Source of the DNA: an uncultured bacterium
GTDB taxonomy: Bacteria; Hydrogenedentota; Hydrogenedentia; Hydrogenedentales; JAEUWI01
Direction: 5' to 3'
Length of the DNA: 26,752 bases
NCBI GenBank assembly: GCA_963977445.1
Contig: CAXBPH010000080.1
Span: forward strand, 1-26,752
This document shows, piece after piece, positions 1 through 8,343 of this stretch (position 1 is the stretch's first letter; the number at the start of each line of letters is the position of its first letter). Position numbers and translations under genes: made by a program. The notes under the pieces were generated by a model, which was given only the letters and a program-made list of their open reading frames with translations, ran no database searches and had not been told where the DNA came from.

Positions 1-109
1 AGCGAGTCCTGGGTTTTGATCGACACACGCCGATACGAGTCCCAACGGGGCGACATAGGGCGCGAATTGGTTCCCATCTCCGAATATTCTATGCCGCCCC
101 TCCGGGGCT
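1..109. repeat. REP-like inverted doublet (probably truncated at the window edge)
   Basis: AGTCCCAACGGGGCGACATAG (38-58) and CTATGCCGCCCCTCCGGGGCT (89-109) are inverted copies (16/21 identical), each a short CCC/GGG hairpin. GCGAGTCCTGGG lies upstream (2-13). The layout matches the REP-like units at 22756-23006. Confidence 0.6.
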
Positions 110-419
110 AAGAGCGCTTCGACCGCCCTGTTCGCAACACTTCAAAAACTACGCTGCTTGAGCTAACCGTAGAAGAACTCCACGGAACGGCAGAGCCTGA
201 TGAATTATCACCGGCTGAGCCGATGGATTAGCTTGGGTTTAGTTGCATGTCGGACGTGCCGCGTTATTCCAAGGCACAAGGCTTCGTGCGCTTTCTATGG
301 CAAAAGCGCTCTTTTTCAGGGCCATTTGGATTCTCCAACGCGACGCCATACGCACGAGTTCACCTCGGCGAACCTTCGACCCACGCACATCGGAATCGTC
401 ACTATTTGTCCATGAATAC

Positions 420-461
420 AAAAAAGGCCGCCCGTCGGAGGAGTTCCCCCGACGGACGGCC
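420..461 (-). terminator. Rho-independent terminator after the SPFH pair
   Basis: Minus strand reads GGCCGTCCGTCGG-(10 nt)-CCGACGGGCGGCC-TTTTTT: a 13-bp stem with one G.U pair and a U-tract, 14 nt after the stop at 476. Confidence 0.85.
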
Positions 462-475
462 CATGTTGATGTGTT

Positions 476-1510
476 CTACTTGCCTTCGGCCATGGCCTTG
501 GCGCCGTAGAGGCCAAGGAGCTGGTTGATGTCCATTGAGCGGACATCCAAGCCACCATTGCCCATGGGCACCATGATGATTTTCTTGTCTTTCAGGGCCT
601 CTGCGATGGCCAATTTCACGACCTCCGCGCTGCCGGACCCGGAAAGGGCTTCGTTCATCTTCCGAATACCTTCGGCTTCGGCTTCGGCTTCGGCCTGGGT
701 AGCATCTGCGATGAGTTCCTGTTGCAGATAGTAGGCGTCTACCTCAATCTTGGCCCGCTCGAATTCACCATCGGCGGCCGCCCGAATCTTGGCAATTTCG
801 GCTTCGGCTTCTTTTACTTTGGTGACATATTCTTCCCGCACCGCGAAGGTTTCGGAGCGCAGCTTCTCTACCTGCTGATCGGCAATCTTCTTCTCTTCAA
901 TCGCCTGCTGATAGGCCTCGGTGAAATTATAGTCCTGGAGGAGCACTTCCGTGACGATGACGCCATATTCGGACAGAAACTCATTCAGCTGTTCTTTCAC
1001 CTTGACGGCCTGGGCACTCCGGAGATCGGCCTGATAGAAGTCTTCGGTCTTGAGTTCGCCGAAGATATCCCGGGGCTTACTCCGCGCGATAGTGCGAACG
1101 ATGTTGTCTTTCACTTCCGCATCGGTGGTGCCGACCTTCTGGAGGATCATGGGACCCTTCTCGGAATCAAGGCGATAGGAAATAATGACATCAAGGCTGA
1201 TGTCGTTACCATCGATCGTCTTAAAGCGCAGATCGTCTCGCGTCATACGGTCACCGCGGGCCACCGAAGCGGCCATTTCCAGCTTCTGCACCCGGGTGTC
1301 GAAGGTGTTCCAGTCGGTCAGGAACGGAACAAAGAAAAAGGTGGAACCGGGAGCATATTTGGTCTCCTGGACGCCTTTGTTGCCCGTGGGCGACCATTTT
1401 ACCGTCCGTACACCGATTTCCGTGGGTCCGGTGCTATAGGGCATACACCCACTCCCCAGGAGGGAGCCTGCGGCCACTATCATCAGCAACATTGTAAGTT
1501 TCGTTTTCAT
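476..1510 (-). CDS. SPFH/band 7/prohibitin-domain protein (HflC/prohibitin-like), possible lipoprotein
   Basis: 344 aa. SPFH-type segments (EIGVRTVKW..G, FKTIDGNDISLDVIISY, YGVIVTEVLLQDYNF..AYQQAIEEKKIADQ) are followed by an Ala/Glu-rich coiled coil. The N-terminal signal ends in LLGSGC. The start overlaps the upstream stop (TAATG). Confidence 0.85.
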   Translation of the reverse strand: MKTKLTMLLMIVAAGSLLGSGCMPYSTGPTEIGVRTVKWSPTGNKGVQETKYAPGSTFFFVPFLTDWNTFDTRVQKLEMAASVARGDRMTRDDLRFKTIDGNDISLDVIISYRLDSEKGPMILQKVGTTDAEVKDNIVRTIARSKPRDIFGELKTEDFYQADLRSAQAVKVKEQLNEFLSEYGVIVTEVLLQDYNFTEAYQQAIEEKKIADQQVEKLRSETFAVREEYVTKVKEAEAEIAKIRAAADGEFERAKIEVDAYYLQQELIADATQAEAEAEAEGIRKMNEALSGSGSAEVVKLAIAEALKDKKIIMVPMGNGGLDVRSMDINQLLGLYGAKAMAEGK

Positions 1511-2676
1511 TATTTCGCCTCCTCCGCAGTTTCAACAGGTGCCAGCGGTGCGGGTGTCGGAGTAACCGTCTTTTTGGCGACTCCCGTTTGCGTATCCGCC
1601 CCCACACCAAACAAGTTGAGCACTTGATCGAGGTCCAGCGGGTTCATCCCCCCTTCGCCTCCGGCGGGCAGGATAATCGTATCGAGCCCCGTGAGTATGT
1701 CTGCCATTCGCAGGGCGACCATGGCATCGGCACCCATTGTCTGCATGGCATCGTTCTTCAACTCAATGCCCCGGGCTTCGGCCTTCTTGACCAGCAAGTT
1801 GCCCTCGGCCTCTTTTCGCCGGGTATAGAGGTCACGTTCGGCTTCAATTTCGACCCGGTACGCATCGCCTTCTGCCAGCTTGACCTTAACGAGGTATTCG
1901 CCCTCTTCCGTGGTGCGCATCAGTTTCTGGCGCTCCTCGGCAGCACGCCCCTTGGACTCGTTGGTAAATACCAACTGATCCTGGAGCTTTTTGTCTTCGA
2001 TATTTTGCTGAATGGAGTCACTGTAGACGAAATACCGGACGAGCACATGTTCCACTTCCATACCCTCGGTGGATAGTTTCTCGTTCAGGATATCTCGGGC
2101 AAGCTCCGCCTTTTCTACGCGTTTGTGAGAATCATAGAACTCTTCCGTAGTCAGTTGGCCAAGAGACTCTTTCAGTACTGATTCCGCTTTAGGCAGCATG
2201 CCCAGGTCCCGAAACAGTAAGCCAGGACCGAGTTTCTTGAACACTTCAACGGGATCGACGATGTGATAAAGAATCGTGGCGTCAACCTCTACAAAGAAAC
2301 CATCCGACGTTTGAATCTTTGCGCCCTTATCCACATAGGTTCCCGGACTCGGGGGCGTCGGTGTACTGGTCAATTCCAGGACTTGGATACTCTGGGGAAG
2401 TCGATAGATCTCCTGGATGCCAAAGGGAATACGAAAGGCATAGCCGGGACCATAGACATCGTCCTGGACACCTTTATTTACGCCAATCTTGACGACTTTT
2501 ATGCCAAATTCATTGGGCCTGACATATTCGAAGCACGAATTGAACACGAAGATGCAGACGATGGCGGTCAATAGGAGGGCCGAGCCAATGGTGGCCCACT
2601 TCCCACCAAGTCGGGGCATACGGAATGAAGCGCCGCCTTCTTCTCCACCCACAAATTCTGGTTTTCGAGGTGTCAT
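1510..2676 (-). CDS. SPFH/band 7/prohibitin-domain membrane protein (HflK/prohibitin-like)
   Basis: 388 aa. N-terminal TM helix, then YVRPNEFGIKV, IQTSDGFFVEVDATILY, GMEVEHVLVRYF..SIQQNIEDKKLQDQ, a coiled coil and a Pro/Thr-rich tail. RBS GAGG(A) upstream. Paralogous to 476..1510. Confidence 0.85.
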   Translation of the reverse strand: MTPRKPEFVGGEEGGASFRMPRLGGKWATIGSALLLTAIVCIFVFNSCFEYVRPNEFGIKVVKIGVNKGVQDDVYGPGYAFRIPFGIQEIYRLPQSIQVLELTSTPTPPSPGTYVDKGAKIQTSDGFFVEVDATILYHIVDPVEVFKKLGPGLLFRDLGMLPKAESVLKESLGQLTTEEFYDSHKRVEKAELARDILNEKLSTEGMEVEHVLVRYFVYSDSIQQNIEDKKLQDQLVFTNESKGRAAEERQKLMRTTEEGEYLVKVKLAEGDAYRVEIEAERDLYTRRKEAEGNLLVKKAEARGIELKNDAMQTMGADAMVALRMADILTGLDTIILPAGGEGGMNPLDLDQVLNLFGVGADTQTGVAKKTVTPTPAPLAPVETAEEAK

Positions 2677-2765
2677 TTATCACACATCCTCTCTGGTTGT
2701 ATTCTGCGGATACCATTACGGTGGCTAATACCCCGCAACGGATCTATTTATTCGAAATGCATGGA

Positions 2766-3311
2766 TTACCACATCAAATCGTCGGGGACCTTGTACGCGG
2801 CATAGGGATCATCTTCATCCGATGATTCGTCCGCATCATTGAGCAGGAGCAAACGATTCGCCGCCCGCTCCTCTACCCGGAGGGCAGTTTCCCGGGGCAC
2901 CAGCACGACCCCATCGGGACCGCGAACAATGCCTATGGCACCGGATGCCAAGTCAAGCTGAATCTCTTTGGACACATAGAGGGTTTTGATTGTGGATGCG
3001 TCGGTATACTTGTAACCGAGGTCTCCCTTCACATCCCGCAATATATTGGGCCGAATCAGGTCGCTGACTTCGGCCTCCACCGCACGGGCGGCGCGCTCCG
3101 CCTCCCGCTGGAGGTTTAGCTCCTTGTCCCGGATGCGTTTCGCTTCCAGGGCTGCCGAGACGCTTTCCTCGATCTCAGGGACCTCTCCCTCGCCGCTTTT
3201 TTTCTTTCGGCGCTTCCTGCGGGTCACATTTTCTTCGTGGGCTACCGCCTTCGCCTGCTTTTTGGTAACCAGGCCCGCCTTCAACATTTGTTCGCGAAAC
3301 AGGTCATTCAT
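2766..3311 (-). CDS. yaiL: DUF2058 (YaiL-like) family protein
   Basis: N-terminal FREQMLKAGLV..K, central RDKELN..R and C-terminal DEDDPYAAYKVPDDLMW are the hallmark termini of YaiL/DUF2058. Confidence 0.85.
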   Translation of the reverse strand: MNDLFREQMLKAGLVTKKQAKAVAHEENVTRRKRRKKKSGEGEVPEIEESVSAALEAKRIRDKELNLQREAERAARAVEAEVSDLIRPNILRDVKGDLGYKYTDASTIKTLYVSKEIQLDLASGAIGIVRGPDGVVLVPRETALRVEERAANRLLLLNDADESSDEDDPYAAYKVPDDLMW

Positions 3312-3400
3312 TGTGTGCTTGCATCCATTTTTTCGGGCCAGAATAGCCCGTTCACTCCATTAAACAGCCAACCTGCACTATGAGGCATTCCCGTCCCATA

Positions 3401-3416
3401 TGCAACCTTTTGGCCA
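3401..3416 (-). promoter_or_regulatory. Candidate sigma54 (-24/-12) promoter for the yaiL-like gene
   Basis: Minus strand TGGCCAAAAGGTTGCA has GG-N10-GC spacing and is close to TGGCAC-N5-TTGCA. It lies about 90 nt upstream of the ATG at 3311. Confidence 0.35.
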
Positions 3417-3514
3417 AATTTGGTGTTGCAGATTCAGAGAAATAGGATTGGCATCGTGGGATCAGGTACACCGAATCTTCCCGTCCGTCAAACTGTTGGG
3501 AAAGGAACAAACCC

Positions 3515-3676
3515 ATGAATAAAATAACCCGTCGCACCCTCGTTCAAGGAACCGCACAGAGAGCTGCCACCATCAGCGCCGCTGCCCGTGCGAAGAAAAA
3601 TGTAAACGACGACGAGGCGAGCGCCACCCTCTCCAGGGACTATCGCGCGGGCTTCGTCGTCCCGAAAATCGCATAA
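3515..3676 (+). pseudogene. 53-aa in-frame internal-deletion remnant of a Tat-exported Gfo/Idh/MocA oxidoreductase (or a retained mini-protein)
   Basis: MNKITRRTLVQGTAQRAATISAAARAKKNVNDDEASATLSRDYRAGFVVPKIA*. It has a twin-arginine N-terminus. The last 22 aa match the C-terminus of 16712..18004 (DDDANAFLKRDYHPDFVVPTIA) at 14/22. RBS AAGGA upstream and a terminator downstream. Confidence 0.75.
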
Positions 3677-3698
3677 CTATGCGCTGCTACGGAACACC

Positions 3699-3739
3699 AC
3701 AATGGCCGACTTATTGCGAAAAGTCGGCCATTGTTTTTT
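3699..3739 (+). terminator. Rho-independent terminator after the mini-gene
   Basis: ACAATGGCCGACTT (3699-3712) and AAGTCGGCCATTGT (3721-3734) form a perfect 14-bp stem with an 8-nt loop, followed by a T-run. Confidence 0.85.
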
Positions 3740-3803
3740 AGTGAAAATGTCGGTCTTCCATTGCCCGGTGCGGGCTCCACTCATTTTAAGGGATATTCAC
3801 ACC

Positions 3804-3832
3804 TTGACAGGCATGGGTAAAGTGTTTAAACT
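3804..3832 (+). promoter_or_regulatory. sigma70-type promoter
   Basis: TTGACA (3804-3809), 17 nt, TAAACT (3827-3832). RBS GAGGA at 3866-3870 precedes the ATG at 3879. Confidence 0.7.
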
Positions 3833-3878
3833 TCACGCAGGGGAAGTGCATAGTGCCGCCTAACTGAGGATTGTATCG

Positions 3879-5444
3879 ATGGAAGAGCATGCCGAGCACA
3901 CATCGGAGATTGATTCACTGGAGTCCGCTCTGCGAACAAACTTTGACCACTTGCGTCAGAAACAACACGCTCGCCTGGAACAACTTTCGTCACTCATGGC
4001 ATCCTTGAGTGACTGTCCCCAGGCCGCCACTGACGAAAACGAATCGCTTAACTCCATTGCCGATGGCACCTTGGGTAGCCTTCAGAGCATTAAGGAAAAC
4101 CTGTCCAATCCTGTCGAAAAACAACAGGAGTTGGAATCCAAAATTGCCGAGCTTGAATCGACCGTAGAGAACAGCGAGCGGGAAAAGGCCGGTCTTGCGG
4201 AAAAAGTCCATACTGCAGACGCAAATCTTCAGGAACTGAAATCGCTCCGGGAAACCTTGTCCGCGCGAACGGAAGAATTGGAAGCGCTGAAGCAGAGTCA
4301 CCAGGAACTGAGCCAGAACTATGAGAACATGACTGGTGAACTCCAGTCAGCCCGGGAACGCGCTCAGGAAGCGGAAACCCGCTTGGCCGAAAAGGAAGCG
4401 GATGGCCAGGGCAATGCCGACCACGCCCAGGAGTTGGAAGCCCGTATCGCGAGTCTCGAAGAAGAATTAGCCGCGCGGGATAATGCCTTGCAAGAGGCAA
4501 ACGACACATTGCAACGAGCCCAGGAGGACCAACAGCGTGTGGCCTCCGAGTTTGAGGTGCTCACCGAAACACTGAAGCAATCCGAAGCGACCCAGGAAGG
4601 GCTGAAGACCGAACTGATTGCGGTCCAGCGGGAACTGGAAGCCCTTCGTGGCAAGTATAAAGAAGGTCTGAGCACGGACGCGGCCCTCGCATTGCGCCAA
4701 CAGGTCTCCGAGACAGCAGAACAAGTGAAACGACTTGAGGGCGAACTCGAAACCGCCAAGAATCAGTCCAAGAAGTCCTCCCTGGCCTTACAGCTTGCGG
4801 AAGCCATCGGGGAAACCGAGGACGCCAACGAGGAACTTCAACGGCTGCGGCAAGAACTTTCTTTCCTCCGGGATGGCAAAGCCTACCAGGCCCCAGCGCC
4901 CAAATCAGCATCTGCGCCATTGGACTTGCCGAGTGATTCCACCCTCGTCCGATCGCCTGACGCAGATCTTGCACGAATTCATGAGTCTGCCAAGGGAGGC
5001 AGCCATGGACCCAAGCGTGTCATTGGCCAGATACTATTTGACGCCGGCATCATTTCCGGCGACCAACTCCAACAATCACTTGAGCTTCAGAAAAGTAACC
5101 CACAGCAACATCTGGGTGCCATACTCACGGAATTGGGATTTGCCTCCGATGAGGCCGTTGCCCAAGCCCGGGCGAGCCAGTGCGGCGTTGAATTCATTCG
5201 CTTTACCGATGAGACCGTGGATCCCAATGCGGCATCACTGATCACGGAACGTCTGGCCCACCAGCATAGCTGCATACCCATTTCCACGTCGGACCTCAGC
5301 ATGGTGTTGGCCATTACCAATCCCATGGATCTGCTCGCCATTGAGGATGTGGAACGTTTTACCAACAAAAAGGTCGACGTCGTCGTGGGCACCGTTCCCG
5401 AAATCGAAGCGGCAATTACCCGATACTACTGGGAACCGGAATGA
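3879..5444 (+). CDS. Long coiled-coil protein with C-terminal MshEN/T2SSE_N (GspE/PilB N-terminal) domain and no ATPase
   Basis: 521 aa. About 330 aa of E/Q/L/A heptad-rich sequence and a Pro/Ser linker are followed by RVIGQILFDAGIISGDQLQQSLELQ..HLGAILTELGF..AVAQARASQ and the T2SSE_N-type ..CIPI..LVLAITNPMDLLAIEDVE..V..VVG..EI..AI.RYY. Confidence 0.8.
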   Translation: MEEHAEHTSEIDSLESALRTNFDHLRQKQHARLEQLSSLMASLSDCPQAATDENESLNSIADGTLGSLQSIKENLSNPVEKQQELESKIAELESTVENSEREKAGLAEKVHTADANLQELKSLRETLSARTEELEALKQSHQELSQNYENMTGELQSARERAQEAETRLAEKEADGQGNADHAQELEARIASLEEELAARDNALQEANDTLQRAQEDQQRVASEFEVLTETLKQSEATQEGLKTELIAVQRELEALRGKYKEGLSTDAALALRQQVSETAEQVKRLEGELETAKNQSKKSSLALQLAEAIGETEDANEELQRLRQELSFLRDGKAYQAPAPKSASAPLDLPSDSTLVRSPDADLARIHESAKGGSHGPKRVIGQILFDAGIISGDQLQQSLELQKSNPQQHLGAILTELGFASDEAVAQARASQCGVEFIRFTDETVDPNAASLITERLAHQHSCIPISTSDLSMVLAITNPMDLLAIEDVERFTNKKVDVVVGTVPEIEAAITRYYWEPE

Positions 5445-5616
5445 GCCTTTCCAAAGCTATGACCTTTCCTGCAACCAGACCCTGATTGGTCAAGTCTAAG
5501 TTTGGAGAGACGTATCCGGTTGCTTTCCAATTGGATACACGATTTTGCAGGAGGCGTGTAGCAACTCAGATACGGAGTTGATGCATGTGAGCCCACCCGG
5601 CTGGAGAGAACACTTC

Positions 5617-7194
5617 ATGGAAACCGATGCCGTCACCGACGTTACCCAATCTTTCGATGTATGTAATCCGCGAACCGGACAAGCCCTCTACACGATTGAC
5701 GAGCCCAGTCCAGGCGAGCTGACCCAGGCCTTTGATACGGCCCAGGCGGCGTTCCAGCAGCTCCGGTCCATGACCATAAGCCAACGCCTCCTGGAAGTTG
5801 GCAAACTCAAGAATTACATCCAGCAGCACAAAGAAGAGATTGTGCAACGTATCGTCGATGAAACGGGAAAACCCCGCATCGAAGCCCTCATGACCGAAAT
5901 ATTCCCCACCCTCGACCTCATTCAATATTATGAGAAGACGGCGGTAAAAACCCTGCGCGATCAGGCCCAGCCCACACCTCTCGTCATGATGGGCAAGAAA
6001 TCAAAGATCTATTACGAGCCCCTGGGCCCCGTTCTCATTATTTCCCCGTGGAATTACCCCTTCAATCTCTCTATGACTCCGATTATTACGGCCCTCATTG
6101 CCGGGAACTCGGTACTCTTTAAACCCTCGGAACACACCCCCCTTCGCGGATTATTGGAAGAGATTATGAAGGGGTCTGGATTCAACCCGAACTTTGTTCA
6201 GGTTATCTATGGTGCCAAGGAAACGGGCAAGCGATTAATCGACCTCCAACCGGCCAAAATCTTCTTCACCGGAAGCGAGGGCGCCGGCAAAGCCATTATG
6301 GCCCAAGCGGCCCAGTACCTGGTGCCCGTGGAGCTGGAGCTCGGCGGCAAGGACCCCATGGTTGTCTTTGACGATGCTACCTTGTCCCGTGCCGTTCAAG
6401 GGGCACTGTGGGGTGGCATGACCAATTGCGGCCAGACCTGCACGTCGGTAGAGCGAATTTTTGTGCAGGAACCCATCGTTGACGATTTCGTAAACCAGCT
6501 CAATGGCGCGATAGGGGCCCTTGCAACCCAGTCCGGACACGAAGAAACCTCCCACAACAAGGCCCTGGACGTGGGATGCATGACCGCCAGATTCCAAATA
6601 GAAAAAGTAGAAGCCCAGCTGGCCGACGCGGTCAGCAAGGGTGCGAAAGTCCACTGCGGCGGCACACGCACCGACGATTCCAATGCCTTTCCGCCAACGC
6701 TGCTAACCAACATCGATCCCTCCATGGCGATTTATGGCGAAGAAACCTTTGGCCCTGTTGTTACCGTGGTCCCCTTCAAAGACGAAGCCGACGCGATTCG
6801 GCTTGCGAACGACAGTCGCTATGGGCTGAGTGCCAGTGTATGGACCGCTGACGCGGAACGGGCAGACCGGGTCGCCCGTGAAATCATCACCGGGAATGTG
6901 TCCATCAACAACGTCCTCGCTACCCAGGGCAATTCGGCACTACCATTTGGCGGCGCAAAAAGTTCGGGCATGGGCCGCTACAAAGGGGCACACGGGCTCT
7001 ATTCCTTCTCCAATGTAAAATCCATATTGGTGGATAAAAACAGCGCCAAAAAAGAGCCTATCTGGTATCCCTATACCGAGGAAAAATACGGGCTCATTTC
7101 CCAACTGATTGATGCCTCTATCCAGGGCGGAATCGGTGGTCTTATAAAAACGGCGCTGATTGGCATGAAGTTGGACAAATTCACCAAGCCCTGA
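5617..7194 (+). CDS. NAD(P)-dependent aldehyde dehydrogenase
   Basis: Motifs ISPWNYP, FKPSE, FTGS, ELGGKDP (catalytic Glu), NCGQTC (catalytic Cys), EETFGP, PFGG. The start is placed at ATG 5617 behind GGAGA; the ORF is open from 5545. Confidence 0.93.
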   Translation: METDAVTDVTQSFDVCNPRTGQALYTIDEPSPGELTQAFDTAQAAFQQLRSMTISQRLLEVGKLKNYIQQHKEEIVQRIVDETGKPRIEALMTEIFPTLDLIQYYEKTAVKTLRDQAQPTPLVMMGKKSKIYYEPLGPVLIISPWNYPFNLSMTPIITALIAGNSVLFKPSEHTPLRGLLEEIMKGSGFNPNFVQVIYGAKETGKRLIDLQPAKIFFTGSEGAGKAIMAQAAQYLVPVELELGGKDPMVVFDDATLSRAVQGALWGGMTNCGQTCTSVERIFVQEPIVDDFVNQLNGAIGALATQSGHEETSHNKALDVGCMTARFQIEKVEAQLADAVSKGAKVHCGGTRTDDSNAFPPTLLTNIDPSMAIYGEETFGPVVTVVPFKDEADAIRLANDSRYGLSASVWTADAERADRVAREIITGNVSINNVLATQGNSALPFGGAKSSGMGRYKGAHGLYSFSNVKSILVDKNSAKKEPIWYPYTEEKYGLISQLIDASIQGGIGGLIKTALIGMKLDKFTKP

Positions 7195-7335
7195 TCTTTT
7201 CCGGCCTACCACGCACGTCGCCACGACGGGACAGCGCCATTTTGTCTCTTGCAATCTCAACGACCGTGCGCTACCCTTTTGCAGGTGCTCTTCGTCGAAG
7301 TAAGCGTACGTGGCATGAGGAAGGGGCGACGATCG

Positions 7336-8343
7336 TTGAAACAATTTCTATACCTGATTACGGCAGTGATTCTCGCAACCACATTCGTGGGATGTGAGGG
7401 GGCATCACCCAATACCGTTGTTGTGTATACGGCGCTGGATGAAATCTATTCCAAACCCATCCTCGACGCCTTCACCCAAGAGACGGGCATTGCGGTACAA
7501 GCGGTCTACGATACGGAAGCCGCCAAGACCACCGGCCTCGTGACCCGCCTTATCAACGAAACCAACCGTCCCCGGTGCGACGTGTTCTGGAACAACGAAG
7601 TCGCCCAGACCATCCTCCTGAAAGATCGCGGAATCCTGGAAGCCTATGCGCCAGTGGCTGCGCAGGACATCCCCGCCCCCTACAAGGATGGGGAGAATTT
7701 CTGGACGGGCTTTGCCGCGCGGGCGCGGGTCCTAATTTACAACACCGATCAGATCGAAGACCCACCCACCTCCATCCACGATTTTCTGCGCCCCGAGTAT
7801 CGGGGAAAGTGCGCGGTCGCCTTACCCCTCTTCGGTACCACGGCGACCCACGCGGCGGCCCTGTTCAGCCACTGGGGTGACGCCAAAGCTCTCGACTTTT
7901 TCCGCGCGCTGAAGGAAAACGAGGTCGCCTTTGTCGCAGGCAATGGCGTGGTACGCGATGCCGTGGCACGGGGGGAATATGCCTTCGGACTGACCGATAC
8001 GGATGACGCCAACGGTGCTATGGAAGATGGCTTACCCACGAAATGGCTCCTTCCCGATCAGGACGCATTGGGCACCTTGCTCATCCCCAACACGGTGGCC
8101 CTCGTCAAAGGCAGCCCCAATCCTACCGGGGGCCAGCAACTCATTGAGTACCTGCTGAGTCCTGCAGTGGAGTCCCGCCTCGCCCAGAGTCGATCCATAC
8201 AAATCCCCCTGAATCCGAAGGTAGAGGTTCCGGAAAACGTACCGTCTATCACGGCTATCCGGCGTATGCCGACCACCTTCGAAGAGATGGCCGCCCACAT
8301 GGAATCCACCGCCCGGCAATTGCGTGAGCTACTGGTAAAGTGA
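7336..8343 (+). CDS. ABC transporter substrate-binding lipoprotein, Fe3+ (AfuA/FbpA-like) family
   Basis: Lipobox FVGC, VVVYT, F...TGI.V, RL..E...P.CDVFW, WTGFAARARVLIYNT, LTDTDD. TTG start chosen behind GAGGAAGGGG; alternative ATG at 7315. Confidence 0.85.
   Translation: MKQFLYLITAVILATTFVGCEGASPNTVVVYTALDEIYSKPILDAFTQETGIAVQAVYDTEAAKTTGLVTRLINETNRPRCDVFWNNEVAQTILLKDRGILEAYAPVAAQDIPAPYKDGENFWTGFAARARVLIYNTDQIEDPPTSIHDFLRPEYRGKCAVALPLFGTTATHAAALFSHWGDAKALDFFRALKENEVAFVAGNGVVRDAVARGEYAFGLTDTDDANGAMEDGLPTKWLLPDQDALGTLLIPNTVALVKGSPNPTGGQQLIEYLLSPAVESRLAQSRSIQIPLNPKVEVPENVPSITAIRRMPTTFEEMAAHMESTARQLRELLVK

Noticed and set aside
200..421. Several 60-90-aa ORFs in the left intergenic region
   Set aside because: No RBS or motif support, and they overlap one another in conflicting frames.
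670..694. (CTTCGG)n tandem hexamer
   Set aside because: Encodes the AEAEAE coiled coil of the SPFH protein. It is in frame and not a phase-variation tract.
722..1627. 301-aa plus-strand ORF, and similar long alternative ORFs (24325..25380, 23266..24033, 19088..19870)
   Set aside because: Shadow or out-of-frame ORFs overlapping recognisable genes, as expected in GC-rich DNA.
5501..5575. Glycine riboswitch-like start (TGGAGAGAC plus hairpin)
   Set aside because: Lacks the conserved CCGAAG and CTCTCAGG elements.
7287..7298. GCTCTTCGTCGA resembling the MITE terminal repeat
   Set aside because: Only 11/12 nt match, with no partner end or target duplication, so it is compatible with chance.
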